From IMG/VR virus record IMGVR_UViG_3300032287_001394: a DNA stretch of 64,000 bases. The stretch is one strand, 5' to 3'. The translations under genes and the position numbers were made by a program. How positions within the stretch are numbered: the stretch's first letter is position 1; each line of letters begins with the position of its first letter. The notes below the pieces were generated by a model. It searched no databases, was not told where the DNA came from, and saw nothing but the letters and a program-made list of their open reading frames with translations. This stretch comes from a virus. This document shows positions 34,991-46,523 of this stretch, one piece after another.

Positions 34991-37945
34991 ATGGCAACAT
35001 CGTACGAAATATTCACGTCTAGGTTTAGCAAGACGATCATTGATTCAGTATATCAAGAGATCGTCTCTAAGACTGCTACGTACTATCATTGGTTTGGTAA
35101 AGAAAACTTATGGACTGACTTCTTAAGTCCGTTTATTCCATCTGGCGCTGTTGACAGCCCAGGTGCACCATCTTACAATTTTAGATATGAGTTGCATGTT
35201 CGACGTGATATATTAACTGCGAAAAAAATTAAACCATCTGACGTATCTTATGTTATAAGACGGATAGATTGGGAACCTGATACAGTATATGATATGTATG
35301 ATGATGCTATTGAGTCAGTTACTGGTGTAGGCTATGCTCCAGCACCATCTGGTGCTACTAAATTAGAAGATGCAAATTTCTACGTATTATCATCGCAATA
35401 CAATGTGTATAAGTGTATATGGAATAACGGTGCGGCGGCATCAACAGTGATGCCTACTGGTACTACACATCAGATCTTTACTACATCCGACGGTTATAAA
35501 TGGAAGTTTATGTATTCTCTTCCTATATCATTAAGGACTAAGTTTTTATCTACAGCATATATGCCAGTAACTACAGCTCTTAAAGCGCCATATTATTCTG
35601 GTGGATCTATCACATCAATTAATATTACTGCTGGAGGTATAGGCTATAATGCAACTACTACTACAGCATCCATTGTCGGCAATGGATATAAAGAAGAAAA
35701 TCCTTATGTTATTAATTCTATAACTATAAACGATGCCGGGGATTCATATTCCACCACTCCTACTATTACTATAGATGAACCATATTTTGCCAATGATTGG
35801 GCGTCTGCTGCTAGTATTAGAGTAGGATCTTACATTAAATATTTTAACTCGGCTACTCAAGATACTAATTACTATTATATTATTTCAGGTACACTATTAG
35901 GTACATCCGGCCCAACACATACGTCAGGTACTGTGACTAATGGTAGCGCACAATTAGAATACGTTGGCACACGAGCTAAGGCTTCTTGTGTATTAAGTGG
36001 AGCAACAATATCTACTGTAACGTTAGACAGTGCAGGCTTTGGATACACTAGTACTCCATTAGTGACTACATCGGCTGGTAAAACTAAAGATGCTGATTAT
36101 TCTACAAATAATGCGTTTAGTACTGGTCAAATTATAAAATCTGGATTAAGATACTACACAGTGACTACTGGTGGTACTACTGGAACTACAGCTCCTACAC
36201 ATACTTCTGGTGCTGTATCAAATGGAACTGCAATATTAACATATTTAGCTAGAGATGCAAATCTAACAACAGTTACGACAAAGACCGAAGCTGAGATAAC
36301 ATTAGAAATTAGTCCAGGAACTGATGCTGTATTTAGAGTAGATGTGACATCAGCTGGAACTAAATACAGTGAAGCTCCTACAATAACATTTACGGCTCCA
36401 TCAACTGCAGGTGGTGTTACTGCAACTGGTACAGTTGTCATTGGTGCTTCTGGTGCAGTATCATACGTCACTATAAATGACCCAGGTAATGGATATACTA
36501 GTACTCCTACATGTACTATAACTGCTCCAAATATTACATTCAATGGTGCTACTGCGGTTGATGATACTGCAGAAACCATTACATATAATACACATAAATT
36601 TGTTACTGGTGACTCTGTAACTTATAGTAATGGTGGAGGAACATCTATCACTGGATTAACTTCTGGTGCTACTACAGCAGGTTCATTTGTGACTGCCGGA
36701 AGATATATCATTAGGACTTTAACTGGTACTACGCAAGCACAATGGAATACAGCTGCTGGTACTAGTGGACTAACCTATATAGTAGGTGATATATTCACTG
36801 CAGCCGCGGCTGGAGCTGGAACCGGTACTGCTCAAAGAGTATACTATGTTATTCGCACAGACGCAAATACATTCAAGCTTGCTATTAATTCAGCTAATGC
36901 AACTGCTGGAACTGCAATTAACTTAACAGATGGTGTTGGCGCAGCACATACATTAACTCTCACAAATGGTGCAGCATTGGGTACAGTATACTTAGGTACG
37001 GGCGGTGAAGTGGTTGGTTATACTATAACTAATCCAGGCATAGGTTACACTACAGCAGACATTACAATAACTGATAGCTCTGGATCTGGATCAGGTGCTG
37101 CATTATCAGTCGATTTTGATATCGGTAATGTTAATACTTTACAATCAAACGTAGAACTCTTAGCAGTACCTGGATCTATAGAAACTGTAAAAGTTGAAGA
37201 TGGTGGGACTGGATATGGTGCTGCTACAGTATCTATTTTAGGAGACGGCCAAGGAGCTACAGCTACAGCTACAGTTAGTGGCGGTAAAGTAACAGCAGTC
37301 AACATTGTGAATGCCGGTTCTGGATATACCTGGACAGAGGTAGTTGTCTCAGGCGGAGCTGGTACTGGATGCTTAGCGCGGGCTATCATGTCACCATTAG
37401 GTGGTCATGGATTCAATGCAGTTGAAGAGCTATTTGCAAGATCGTTACAATTTTATACCGCTATGTCTAGAGATTTAAATCAAGGTATAGAAATCACCAA
37501 TGATTATCGTAAAGCTGGATTAATTAGAAACCTTAAGAAGTTTGGCACTAATCAAAGATTCTCAGATGAAATTGGTTCTGGATGTGTGTTAATTACTGGT
37601 CAGTTTGATAAGTTAAAATTATTTCAAGATATGTTATTGCTTAAGCAAGAAACTACTGGAATTAATTATAAGAAGTATCGTATAGTTGACTTTAATGATA
37701 CCCAAATCTTATTATCAGTATTCAATAACTTTACCATCAATGTTGGGGACATTATAGTAACTGATCCTACAAACGGAGGATTAGAAGCTAACCCAACAGT
37801 TCCAGTATCAACTATCACTGTAGAAAGTGTCTCAGAAAGAACTATTGATCAATTTTCTGGAGACTTTGTATTCTTTAGTGTTAGAGAACCATATGCACCA
37901 TCAGATGATCAAATTATTACCATAAGAACAACTTTAGCCTTATAA
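34991..37945 (+). CDS. Baseplate wedge gp8-like protein, expanded
   Basis: RRIDW...YDMYDD...FYVLSSQYNVYKCIWN...DGYKWKFMY, followed by many GxGY repeats. Confidence 0.8.
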   Translation: MATSYEIFTSRFSKTIIDSVYQEIVSKTATYYHWFGKENLWTDFLSPFIPSGAVDSPGAPSYNFRYELHVRRDILTAKKIKPSDVSYVIRRIDWEPDTVYDMYDDAIESVTGVGYAPAPSGATKLEDANFYVLSSQYNVYKCIWNNGAAASTVMPTGTTHQIFTTSDGYKWKFMYSLPISLRTKFLSTAYMPVTTALKAPYYSGGSITSINITAGGIGYNATTTTASIVGNGYKEENPYVINSITINDAGDSYSTTPTITIDEPYFANDWASAASIRVGSYIKYFNSATQDTNYYYIISGTLLGTSGPTHTSGTVTNGSAQLEYVGTRAKASCVLSGATISTVTLDSAGFGYTSTPLVTTSAGKTKDADYSTNNAFSTGQIIKSGLRYYTVTTGGTTGTTAPTHTSGAVSNGTAILTYLARDANLTTVTTKTEAEITLEISPGTDAVFRVDVTSAGTKYSEAPTITFTAPSTAGGVTATGTVVIGASGAVSYVTINDPGNGYTSTPTCTITAPNITFNGATAVDDTAETITYNTHKFVTGDSVTYSNGGGTSITGLTSGATTAGSFVTAGRYIIRTLTGTTQAQWNTAAGTSGLTYIVGDIFTAAAAGAGTGTAQRVYYVIRTDANTFKLAINSANATAGTAINLTDGVGAAHTLTLTNGAALGTVYLGTGGEVVGYTITNPGIGYTTADITITDSSGSGSGAALSVDFDIGNVNTLQSNVELLAVPGSIETVKVEDGGTGYGAATVSILGDGQGATATATVSGGKVTAVNIVNAGSGYTWTEVVVSGGAGTGCLARAIMSPLGGHGFNAVEELFARSLQFYTAMSRDLNQGIEITNDYRKAGLIRNLKKFGTNQRFSDEIGSGCVLITGQFDKLKLFQDMLLLKQETTGINYKKYRIVDFNDTQILLSVFNNFTINVGDIIVTDPTNGGLEANPTVPVSTITVESVSERTIDQFSGDFVFFSVREPYAPSDDQIITIRTTLAL

Positions 37946-37975
37946 ATATATAAAACATTGAAAGAGTAACCAGAT

Positions 37976-40900
37976 ATGTCACTTAATTTTAATATCAATC
38001 CATACTATGATGACTTTGATGATACCAAAAACTATCATCGAATCCTTTTTAGACCAGGATATGCTGTCCAAGCTAGAGAATTAACTCAGCTCCAAACACA
38101 ACTCCAAGACCAAATTAATAAGTTTGGTAAACATGTATTTGTTAATGGATCTGTAATACTAGATGGAGGTCGATCATTTGAGAATGATATCCTTTCTATT
38201 AAGTTAGACTCATCATTTTCTGGAGCTGGTGTAGATTATACAAAATTTACAGATACAATTATTACTGGTGCAACATCGGGAACAAAAGCAGTTGTTAAAT
38301 TAGCTGTAGCTGCTACAGGTACAGATCCAATTACTCTATTAGTTAAAGTTACATCTGGTTCAGCATTTACTGCCTCAGAAACTATTACTACTAATTCAAC
38401 CGTAGCTTTCTCAGCTAAAGTACAAACTACTAATCCATTCAATGATGCCATTATATTTTCAACTGATAGCGGTATATATTTTATTGATGGAAAATTTGTA
38501 TACGTTGAAGCACAAAAAATCGCAGTAGATAAGTACACAAATACATCATCAAAGAATATAGGTTTCTTAGTAACAGAGAGTGAAGTGGATTCAGATGATG
38601 ATGCCACATTATTAGATGGTTCACAAGGTACTTCAAACTATGCAGCCCCTGGTGCTAATAGATATGGCGTTACATTAACATTAAGAGCAAAAGATTTAGG
38701 TACTGTATTAGATAATTTCGTTGAGATTGCTAGAGTCGTAGACGGAGATCTTGTACTTAATAAAGATAAGACTATCTATTCAGAGATTGGTAAAGAACTT
38801 GCTCGTAGAACGTTCGATGAATCAGGCGATTATACAGTTAAGAAATGGCCAATACAAATATTAGATCATCAAGTTTCAGGAGCTACTGGCCCAAATCCAG
38901 CTAAGTTTACTGTTGCGTTAGATCCAGGAAAAGGTTATGTTAAAGGCTATGAGTATGAAACTATCAATCAAGAGTTCTTAACATTAGATAGAGCTAGAGA
39001 CACAGCTACTGCTACTGGTGTTAATGTCAGTCTTAACTATGGTAATTACTTAAATGTTACCGGGGTATTTGGCGTATTCACTACAAACGCTGCATCGAGC
39101 CCATATACAAGTATTGAATTGCATGGCACGACTAGAACATCATCTGTAACTGGATCAATTTCAGGTACTACTCTTACCGTAACTGCCGTTTCATCTGGGG
39201 TTTTAGGCGTTGGCACAATTCTTTCTGGTACAAGCGTTACTGGAGGTTCATACATTACGGCATTAGGTACAGGTACAGGTGGAGTTGGTACATATACTGT
39301 ATCTGCTTCATCTTCAGCAGGTAGTACAACTATCTCTGGCGTTGTAGGTGCTAATTCAAAACTTGGTACAGCTAGAGTTAGATTTATGAGATGGTTCTCT
39401 GGCACTGGTGCTAAGATAGATGATGTATATAGAATGTATCTATTTAATATTACTATGGATTCAGGAAAATTATTTAAAGATGTAGAATCTATTATTATTA
39501 ATTCAGCTTCTCCAACATCTGCAGCTAACATAGATGTATCATCAAAGATTGGTGGTTCAACACTTGGAGATGTATCCTTATCAGGTCAAGACGTTCCAGG
39601 TTTAGTATTCCCGCTTTCTAATCAATATATCGATTCTATAAGTTCTGTAGAATACAGGATTCAAAGAACATTATCACTAACATTTACTGCTGGAGTTGCT
39701 TATTCCACATTAAGTGCCAATGAACAATGGGTAGGTGCAGCTACTGTTAGCACACTTGATAAAGATACTCATTATCACATCGTATTCAACACTGTATCAG
39801 CGGCAGGTGGTACTGGAATGGCTGTAGGTTCTATCTTAGATATGACAGCTGCAGGAAGATCAATTACTATTAGTGGTACAGCTAATGTAAACCAACAAAT
39901 TACTGTCAATCTAAACGATGCTGCATTCGCTGGTACAGCAACACTTATTGCAAGTATTGATTTAAGTGCACAATCTTCTTCTACTAGAACTAAGACATTA
40001 TCTGGCTATTCTATCAAAATATTAGGCACTGGTTCTGCTGGAGGTTTAAATGTTACTACCGGTGGCAGAGATTCATTAGGTATATCGGATATCTATGATG
40101 TAGCAGCAATCTATAATACTACTACAACTAATCCAACTGCAGTTACAATTAATTCAACTACTGGCGTTCTTACATGGGGCGCTGTAGCTCGTACAGATGT
40201 TACTGCAAACTATAGTATCGATGATGGTCAACGAGCAGAGTTTTATGATCATGGTAATATCGTACTTACTGGAACTGCTCCAACTGCTACACACTATCTA
40301 TTAGTAGTATATAGAAACTTCTCTCATACTGGTTCTGGATTCTTATCAAGAGATTCTTATTCTATCGATTATGAAGACATCCCAACATTTACTGACCCAT
40401 CAACTGGATCTGAAATTGAATTAAGAGATGCTATCGACTTTAGGCCGAGACGTGATAATGGTGCAACTACACTATCAAACGGTGAAGTTCCTGATCCTAT
40501 TGCGACTATGGAAGCAACATATGATTATTACTTAGGTCGGTTTGATAAAATTATAGCTACATCAGATAAACAATTCATTATTAAAGAAGGTGTTCCTGCA
40601 GTATATCCACTAGTCCCAGCTGATGAGACAAATGGTATGACATTGTATATCTTAGCTATCCCTCCATATACATCATATATTGAAGATGTCCAAATTAAAT
40701 ACATCGATAATAAACGTTATACGATGAGAGACATTGGTCGTTTAGAAAAACGTATTAATAATCTTGAGTACTATACACAACTTTCTTTATTAGAAAAACA
40801 AGCTAAAGATACATCAATCCCAGACTCTACTAATCAAGAGAAGTTTAAAAATGGTTTTGCTGTAGATCCATTTACGTCACAAGACATATTCTATAACTCT

Positions 40901-43546
40901 GCTGCAGCATGGTCTGAAAGGCGATGGGGATGGTGGAATTCATGGTTTAATGGATCAAGCACATGGTCAGCAGGTGCAACTAACTATAATGAAAACTCAT
41001 TAGCTCAAGCAGCTAACGTAGACTTTAATGCAGCCATCGATCCGGTTAATCAAGAATTAAGAGCTCCATTTACCATAACATTTAATGAATTTGAAACTAG
41101 TACTTTAACAACTACTGAAAAGAGTGGAGACTTAGTAACACTAGAATACACTGAGTCGACAGCTATTAGTCAACTAGTTGCTACGACTTATATCAATATC
41201 AACCCATTTAATGTTATTAGATTCAATGGTTCTATTCTGCTTGAACCAGCATTTGATCAATGGGTAGATACACAATATTTACCAGCGGTTAATAAGATAG
41301 TTGATGTTCAAGTCCCAGATGCGGCTGACTCAGTAATTCAAAATATTAGTGGTAGCGGTAACAGAGTATCTATTACTAGTTCAACCACTACTATTCAAAC
41401 AAACATTATTAGCCAAAATACTTCTTCATTAGGAACTAATGTAGTTGATGTTCAATACATTCCATTCATTAGAGCTAATACTATTAGAGGTACAGCTAAA
41501 ACATTTAAACCTAATGCAAGACTATATCCATTTGTTGAGAATACCAGTGTTACTTCATATTGCCGTCCATTAACATTGATAGAAGTACAGAATCATATTG
41601 GAACTCTATTTGATCCTACACAAGGCGTATACGAATCTTTATCAATTAGATCTACTAGCTCTACTGGCACAGAATGCGGTACAGCTAAGACTGCTATCTA
41701 TACTCAACCATTAACTACAGATAGCACTAAAAGATATCTAACTGTATTTGATGAAGATGTAAGAGCAACTTCTACAACTAATAGCGCTTCTTCTGGATCA
41801 ACTGCATTGACTGCGACAACAGCTACTGGTACAATTAGAGTTGGTATGGTGGTCTCTGGTTCAGCAAATATCCCAGCTAATACAACAGTATCAGCTGTTG
41901 TTGGCACTGCGGTTACATTAAGTGCTGCAACTACAGGTGCAGTTTCTAATGCATCATTAATATTTAATGGTTTAGTTGTTGGCAAGTATGTGTTTGGTTT
42001 AACTGGCAGCGGTTCAGGTGTAATTACTGCTGTTACAACATACACTTTAGGTAATGCATTAATACCTGATGAATATGGTAACATTGGCTTTGAATTCCAA
42101 TTACCAGCTAACACATTTAAGACTGGCGAAAGAACATTTAGATTGATTGATAATTCAACTAATGATACTGAAGCACAAGAGTCTATAGGTGAATCTAAAT
42201 ACACCGCAATCGGTATGTTACAAACTAAACAAGAAACTCTATTAACCACACGAGCTGTACAAAATCAACGAGTAACAGTACAAACTGGTAATAGATTTTG
42301 GCATGATCCATTGGCAGAATCATTCTTAGTTGATGATCTTGCATATCCGCAAGGTATGTACGTATCATCAGTTGACATCTGGTTTAGAACCAAATCTTCT
42401 ACAGTACCAGTTACTTTAGAAATTAGACGTACTGTTAATGGTTATCCAGAATCCACAAGATCAATACCATTTGCAGAAGCTATATTACAGCCCGAACAAG
42501 TAAGTATTTCAACTAATGGTACTACAGCTACTACATTTAACTTTGCAAATCCAATCCATTTAAGTCCTGGAGAATATGCTTTAGTCTTAACATCAAACTC
42601 ACAAGATTATCAAGTATTCATCTGTGAAGTTGGACAAACTGAATTAAATGGTACACAAAAAGTTAATAAACAACCATACATTGGTTCATTGTTTAAATCA
42701 CAAAATGCATCTACATGGGAAGCAAACCAAAATCAAGACTTGAAGTTCTTAATTCGAAGAGCATCTTTTGTAACATCAGGTACTGCAGAGTTTAATATCA
42801 TTGATCCTGATGCAGTATCTAGTTATCAAACACTATTTGTTAAGACTTCTAATATATTACCGACTGGCACTAATATTAATTGGGCGGCGAAAGCATGGTA
42901 TGGATCAAGTTCATTTGATACAAACTGGATCCCTATTAATATTAATCAAGATCTTAATTATGGCGAACTTAGACAAATTGCTGCTGCTGCAAGTACAGGT
43001 ACAGGAGTTCCTAGTTTAAGATTACAAGCTACATTAACTACAGACAATACTGCTATATCTCCAGCGATTGACGTATCGGCCATGGCCGCAGTTACTGCTT
43101 TAAATAGTATTAATAACGACACTACTAATGAAGCTGGTTCAAAATCTGGAGGAAATGCTACTGCTAAGTATATCAGTAAACCGATTAGTCTAGCTGACGG
43201 TTTTGATGCATCTAATATATGCGTTACTGTAGATATTAATATGCCATCAGGAACTAATGTTTATGTGTACTATAAAACATTGGCTACAGAGAAACAAACG
43301 CCGATTGATGACGAAAGTTGGGTAGCCATGACTCAAGAGAAAGCTGTGCCTGTATCGACATCGGCTTTTGACTTTAAAGAATATAGATTCTTCCCGTCCG
43401 GTGCGTTTAATGCTTTTGGAGTACCGCAAGATAGTCCTATTACTACTAGATTTAATGCATTCCAAATTAAAATAGTCATGACATCTTCTAGTCAAACAGC
43501 TACACCTAGATTACGTGATCTTAGGATCATAGCTTTGGATAGTTAA
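37976..43546 (+). CDS. Large virion structural protein (DUF4815/VrlC-like)
   Basis: [32 protein letters not shown]; [14 protein letters not shown]; DPLAESF; late promoter at 37941-37948. Confidence 0.8.
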   Translation: MSLNFNINPYYDDFDDTKNYHRILFRPGYAVQARELTQLQTQLQDQINKFGKHVFVNGSVILDGGRSFENDILSIKLDSSFSGAGVDYTKFTDTIITGATSGTKAVVKLAVAATGTDPITLLVKVTSGSAFTASETITTNSTVAFSAKVQTTNPFNDAIIFSTDSGIYFIDGKFVYVEAQKIAVDKYTNTSSKNIGFLVTESEVDSDDDATLLDGSQGTSNYAAPGANRYGVTLTLRAKDLGTVLDNFVEIARVVDGDLVLNKDKTIYSEIGKELARRTFDESGDYTVKKWPIQILDHQVSGATGPNPAKFTVALDPGKGYVKGYEYETINQEFLTLDRARDTATATGVNVSLNYGNYLNVTGVFGVFTTNAASSPYTSIELHGTTRTSSVTGSISGTTLTVTAVSSGVLGVGTILSGTSVTGGSYITALGTGTGGVGTYTVSASSSAGSTTISGVVGANSKLGTARVRFMRWFSGTGAKIDDVYRMYLFNITMDSGKLFKDVESIIINSASPTSAANIDVSSKIGGSTLGDVSLSGQDVPGLVFPLSNQYIDSISSVEYRIQRTLSLTFTAGVAYSTLSANEQWVGAATVSTLDKDTHYHIVFNTVSAAGGTGMAVGSILDMTAAGRSITISGTANVNQQITVNLNDAAFAGTATLIASIDLSAQSSSTRTKTLSGYSIKILGTGSAGGLNVTTGGRDSLGISDIYDVAAIYNTTTTNPTAVTINSTTGVLTWGAVARTDVTANYSIDDGQRAEFYDHGNIVLTGTAPTATHYLLVVYRNFSHTGSGFLSRDSYSIDYEDIPTFTDPSTGSEIELRDAIDFRPRRDNGATTLSNGEVPDPIATMEATYDYYLGRFDKIIATSDKQFIIKEGVPAVYPLVPADETNGMTLYILAIPPYTSYIEDVQIKYIDNKRYTMRDIGRLEKRINNLEYYTQLSLLEKQAKDTSIPDSTNQEKFKNGFAVDPFTSQDIFYNSAAAWSERRWGWWNSWFNGSSTWSAGATNYNENSLAQAANVDFNAAIDPVNQELRAPFTITFNEFETSTLTTTEKSGDLVTLEYTESTAISQLVATTYININPFNVIRFNGSILLEPAFDQWVDTQYLPAVNKIVDVQVPDAADSVIQNISGSGNRVSITSSTTTIQTNIISQNTSSLGTNVVDVQYIPFIRANTIRGTAKTFKPNARLYPFVENTSVTSYCRPLTLIEVQNHIGTLFDPTQGVYESLSIRSTSSTGTECGTAKTAIYTQPLTTDSTKRYLTVFDEDVRATSTTNSASSGSTALTATTATGTIRVGMVVSGSANIPANTTVSAVVGTAVTLSAATTGAVSNASLIFNGLVVGKYVFGLTGSGSGVITAVTTYTLGNALIPDEYGNIGFEFQLPANTFKTGERTFRLIDNSTNDTEAQESIGESKYTAIGMLQTKQETLLTTRAVQNQRVTVQTGNRFWHDPLAESFLVDDLAYPQGMYVSSVDIWFRTKSSTVPVTLEIRRTVNGYPESTRSIPFAEAILQPEQVSISTNGTTATTFNFANPIHLSPGEYALVLTSNSQDYQVFICEVGQTELNGTQKVNKQPYIGSLFKSQNASTWEANQNQDLKFLIRRASFVTSGTAEFNIIDPDAVSSYQTLFVKTSNILPTGTNINWAAKAWYGSSSFDTNWIPININQDLNYGELRQIAAAASTGTGVPSLRLQATLTTDNTAISPAIDVSAMAAVTALNSINNDTTNEAGSKSGGNATAKYISKPISLADGFDASNICVTVDINMPSGTNVYVYYKTLATEKQTPIDDESWVAMTQEKAVPVSTSAFDFKEYRFFPSGAFNAFGVPQDSPITTRFNAFQIKIVMTSSSQTATPRLRDLRIIALDS

Positions 43547-43547
43547 T

Positions 43548-43754
43548 ATGAAGATTAAAGTAGAAAATGAATCTTTAGTTAGGGATACTACTACTAATGC
43601 TATATTAGAAGTAGATACAACTAAGTTAAATAAGTATAGAGCTATCAGACAAAGTATTAAAGATAGAGAACATAAGATAGATTATTTAGCTGAAAGAATA
43701 AATAAATTAGAATTAATCATAGAACGGATGAACAATGGCGACAATATTACTTAG
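43548..43754 (+). CDS. Small coiled-coil hypothetical protein
   Basis: LVRDTTTNAIL pattern, typically found after the large virion protein. Confidence 0.7.
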   Translation: MKIKVENESLVRDTTTNAILEVDTTKLNKYRAIRQSIKDREHKIDYLAERINKLELIIERMNNGDNIT

Positions 43755-44913
43755 ACTAGGCGCAACAGGTGCAACGGGAGTTAAAAATTCTCCTCTAACT
43801 AATGCAGAAATAGATACTAACTTTAGTAATCTTAATACTGACATAGGTACTAGATTATTATCTAGTGATTATACGGCATCTGATGTTTTAACAAAGATTA
43901 AGACTGTAGACGGTACAGGTTCAGGATTAGACGCAGATCTATTAGATGGTCTAAACGCAGTATCAGGTGCTACTGGTGCTAGCATAGTATCTCGCGATGC
44001 TTCTGGTAACTTTTCAGCTGGTACTATTACTGCAACGTTTACTGGTAACGTAACAGGTAATACTAATGGCGTACATACTGGTGCAGTGACTGGTAATGTT
44101 ACTGGTAATACTAATGGCGTACATACTGGTGCAGTAACAGGTAATGTTACAGGTAATTTAACAGGTGATGTAACTGGTAATACCACTGGAAATCATAATG
44201 GTGCAGTAGGTAATGCTACTCCAAGCAGCGGAGCATTTACTACACTTAGCGCAGCAGGAATACTATCAGCAGGTGCCGCAGTTGTGTTAGGTGGAACATT
44301 AAGTGCAAATGGTTCTAATGGTAATTCTGGACAATATTTAAAATCAAGAGGTTTAAGTTTAACTCCAATTTGGGATACCGTATCAATTGACTTAGTAACA
44401 CAAGTTTCAAGTACACTACTAGCTGGAAATGGCGGCACGGGTTTAGCTTCAGTAGGTGCTAGCGGAAACGTATTAATATCTGATGGTACTTATTGGATAA
44501 GTGACCGTCTTACTGTAGTCGCTAATGATTTAAATGGAGATGCAACTGGGTCATTTCCAGCAGATGAACAAACTGGAACAGCTCCTATATTTGCTGCTCG
44601 GGCATGGGCACGTTTTGATGGAACTAAAGACACTACTAATGCTACATCTACATCAAATACAAATAGATTAATTAAAGCTAGTGGAAATGTTACATCTATA
44701 TTAAGAAATTCTATTGGTAATTATACATTAACATTTAGAACTGCTCTACCTAGTGCAAATTATGCAGCAATAGCATCTGGGTTCTTAAGCTCTGGTAATG
44801 CAGCTATAGTTACTACTGATAATTATACAACAACTACATTAACATTAAATTGTGTAGATTCTAGTAATGCTGAAGCAGACTTTTTAAATGTAAACGTTGC
44901 GATATTTGGATAA
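43735..44913 (+). CDS. Tail fibre protein
   Basis: SPLTNAEIDTNF, GSGLDADLLDG, TGNVTGN repeats, ARAWARFDG C-terminal domain. Confidence 0.75.
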   Translation: MATILLRLGATGATGVKNSPLTNAEIDTNFSNLNTDIGTRLLSSDYTASDVLTKIKTVDGTGSGLDADLLDGLNAVSGATGASIVSRDASGNFSAGTITATFTGNVTGNTNGVHTGAVTGNVTGNTNGVHTGAVTGNVTGNLTGDVTGNTTGNHNGAVGNATPSSGAFTTLSAAGILSAGAAVVLGGTLSANGSNGNSGQYLKSRGLSLTPIWDTVSIDLVTQVSSTLLAGNGGTGLASVGASGNVLISDGTYWISDRLTVVANDLNGDATGSFPADEQTGTAPIFAARAWARFDGTKDTTNATSTSNTNRLIKASGNVTSILRNSIGNYTLTFRTALPSANYAAIASGFLSSGNAAIVTTDNYTTTTLTLNCVDSSNAEADFLNVNVAIFG

Positions 44914-44922
44914 GGATATTAA

Positions 44923-46023
44923 ATGGCAAGCTTAACACTACGAAGCATTAAAGGATCTCCTCTAACACTGGCAGAGGTAGATGCAAATTTTACTGCATTA
45001 AACACTGAACTTGGAGAAAAAGTAGCTACTACATCATACACCGCAGCAGATGTGCTTTCAAAACTATTAACTGTTGATGGAGCAAGTTCCGGTTTAGATG
45101 CGGACTTTGTTGACGGTTTAAGTCCATCTGCAACAAATGCTGGTAATAGTTTAGTATCTAGGAATTCTTCAGGTAACTTTGCAGCAGGTACTATTACTGC
45201 AACACTAACTGGAAATGTAACAGGTAACTTAACTGGCAACGTAACAGGAAACTTAACTGGTAATGTAACAGGCAATACTAGTGGTTCAGCTGGTACTCTT
45301 GCTAATACAAGAACTATTAGTATAACTGGTGATGGTTCATGGACTACATCATTTGATGGATCAGCAAATGTAACCGGTGCTTTTACACTAACAACTAGCG
45401 GTGTAGCTGCTGGAACATATACTAAGATTACTGTCGATGCTAAAGGCAGAGCTACTGTTGGTGCATCATTGAGCGGAACAGATGTTACTACAGCTTTAGG
45501 TTATACTCCATGGCATTCAGGTAATGATGGATCTGGATCTGGATTAGATGCAGACTTATTAGACGGATATAACTCAGCTACTGCTGCTACGGTATCTACT
45601 GTAGCTGTGCGAGATGGTTTTGGCGACTTAACGGCAAATGTATTTAAAGGCACAGCAACTTCTGCAAGATATGCAGACTTAGCAGAAAAATATACTACAG
45701 ATAAAGAATACTCGGTTGGTACTGTCATTGTCATCTCTGATAAAGAAGATTCTGAATGCACAGCATCAGACTATATAGGACAACATGCTATAGGAGTTAT
45801 ATCAGAGAATCCAGCATTCTTAATGAATTCAGAATCATCTGGTCAAGCAGTTGCTATCAAAGGAAGAGTGCCTGTTAGAGTAATTGGTCCAATCAGAAAA
45901 GGTGAATCTGTTTGTGCAGCTACTAATGGTCAAGCTATATTAGGTCAAGTTAATGCAATTGCTGTCGCATTAAAGACAGATTTAACACATGAAGAAAAAT
46001 TAGTGGAGTGCTTTATATTATAA
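44923..46023 (+). CDS. Tail fibre protein with C-terminal ADLAE chaperone-like domain
   Basis: N-terminus paralogous to the 43735 gene; ATSARYADLAEKY...GVISENPAFLMN...GRVPVRV. Confidence 0.75.
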   Translation: MASLTLRSIKGSPLTLAEVDANFTALNTELGEKVATTSYTAADVLSKLLTVDGASSGLDADFVDGLSPSATNAGNSLVSRNSSGNFAAGTITATLTGNVTGNLTGNVTGNLTGNVTGNTSGSAGTLANTRTISITGDGSWTTSFDGSANVTGAFTLTTSGVAAGTYTKITVDAKGRATVGASLSGTDVTTALGYTPWHSGNDGSGSGLDADLLDGYNSATAATVSTVAVRDGFGDLTANVFKGTATSARYADLAEKYTTDKEYSVGTVIVISDKEDSECTASDYIGQHAIGVISENPAFLMNSESSGQAVAIKGRVPVRVIGPIRKGESVCAATNGQAILGQVNAIAVALKTDLTHEEKLVECFIL

Positions 46024-46523
46024 CACTTAATGAAGTTGTTGAATTTATTCACAACCCTTTGTCATATAAGCAACATTTAGTTTCAATAATAAATGACAGG
46101 GGGATACAAATCCCCCTTAATCATTCTAGCGAGCTGTATGAGGATAAGCCTAAGACTATTAAGGTCGAAGGGATGGAACGATATTCTAAAGTAATTTGGG
46201 ATAAGTGCTGTGAATTTGCAGATGAATATAATCATCATGGTCCTGTGACATGTCATGCATTTATAGCTCAAGCAAACTCCCCATCTTTTGATATGCATAC
46301 TGATCCAGATGATGTCATCATAGTATGCTGTGAAGGTAAGAAAACCATGATGGTGAATGGCACATATATAGTATTAGAGGCTGGAGAACATGTTTATATC
46401 CCAGTTAATACTCCACACCAAGCATTAAATGAATATGCAGCACTAACGTTAAGCTTTGGTTTAGAAAACTATTTGAAGGATAAATCTCGTAATGAATTGG
46501 ATGTTTTACCTAAAGACGACTGA
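46008..46523 (+). CDS. JmjC/Cupin_4-like Fe(II)/2OG oxygenase
   Basis: SFDMHTDPDDVIIVCCEGKK (HxD) ... LEAGEHVYIPVNTPHQA (distal His). Confidence 0.78.
   Translation: MLYIITLNEVVEFIHNPLSYKQHLVSIINDRGIQIPLNHSSELYEDKPKTIKVEGMERYSKVIWDKCCEFADEYNHHGPVTCHAFIAQANSPSFDMHTDPDDVIIVCCEGKKTMMVNGTYIVLEAGEHVYIPVNTPHQALNEYAALTLSFGLENYLKDKSRNELDVLPKDD

Noticed and set aside
44040-45290. Tandem ACTGGTAA-type DNA repeats resembling an array
   Set aside because: They encode TGNVTGN fibre repeats in frame; there are no unique spacers.
36154-45761. Many minus-strand ORFs over the structural genes (36154, 37045, 38236, 39046, 41704, 43869, 44919 and others)
   Set aside because: They are antisense shadows of Gly/Thr/Ala-rich genes with biased codons and show no recognisable motifs.
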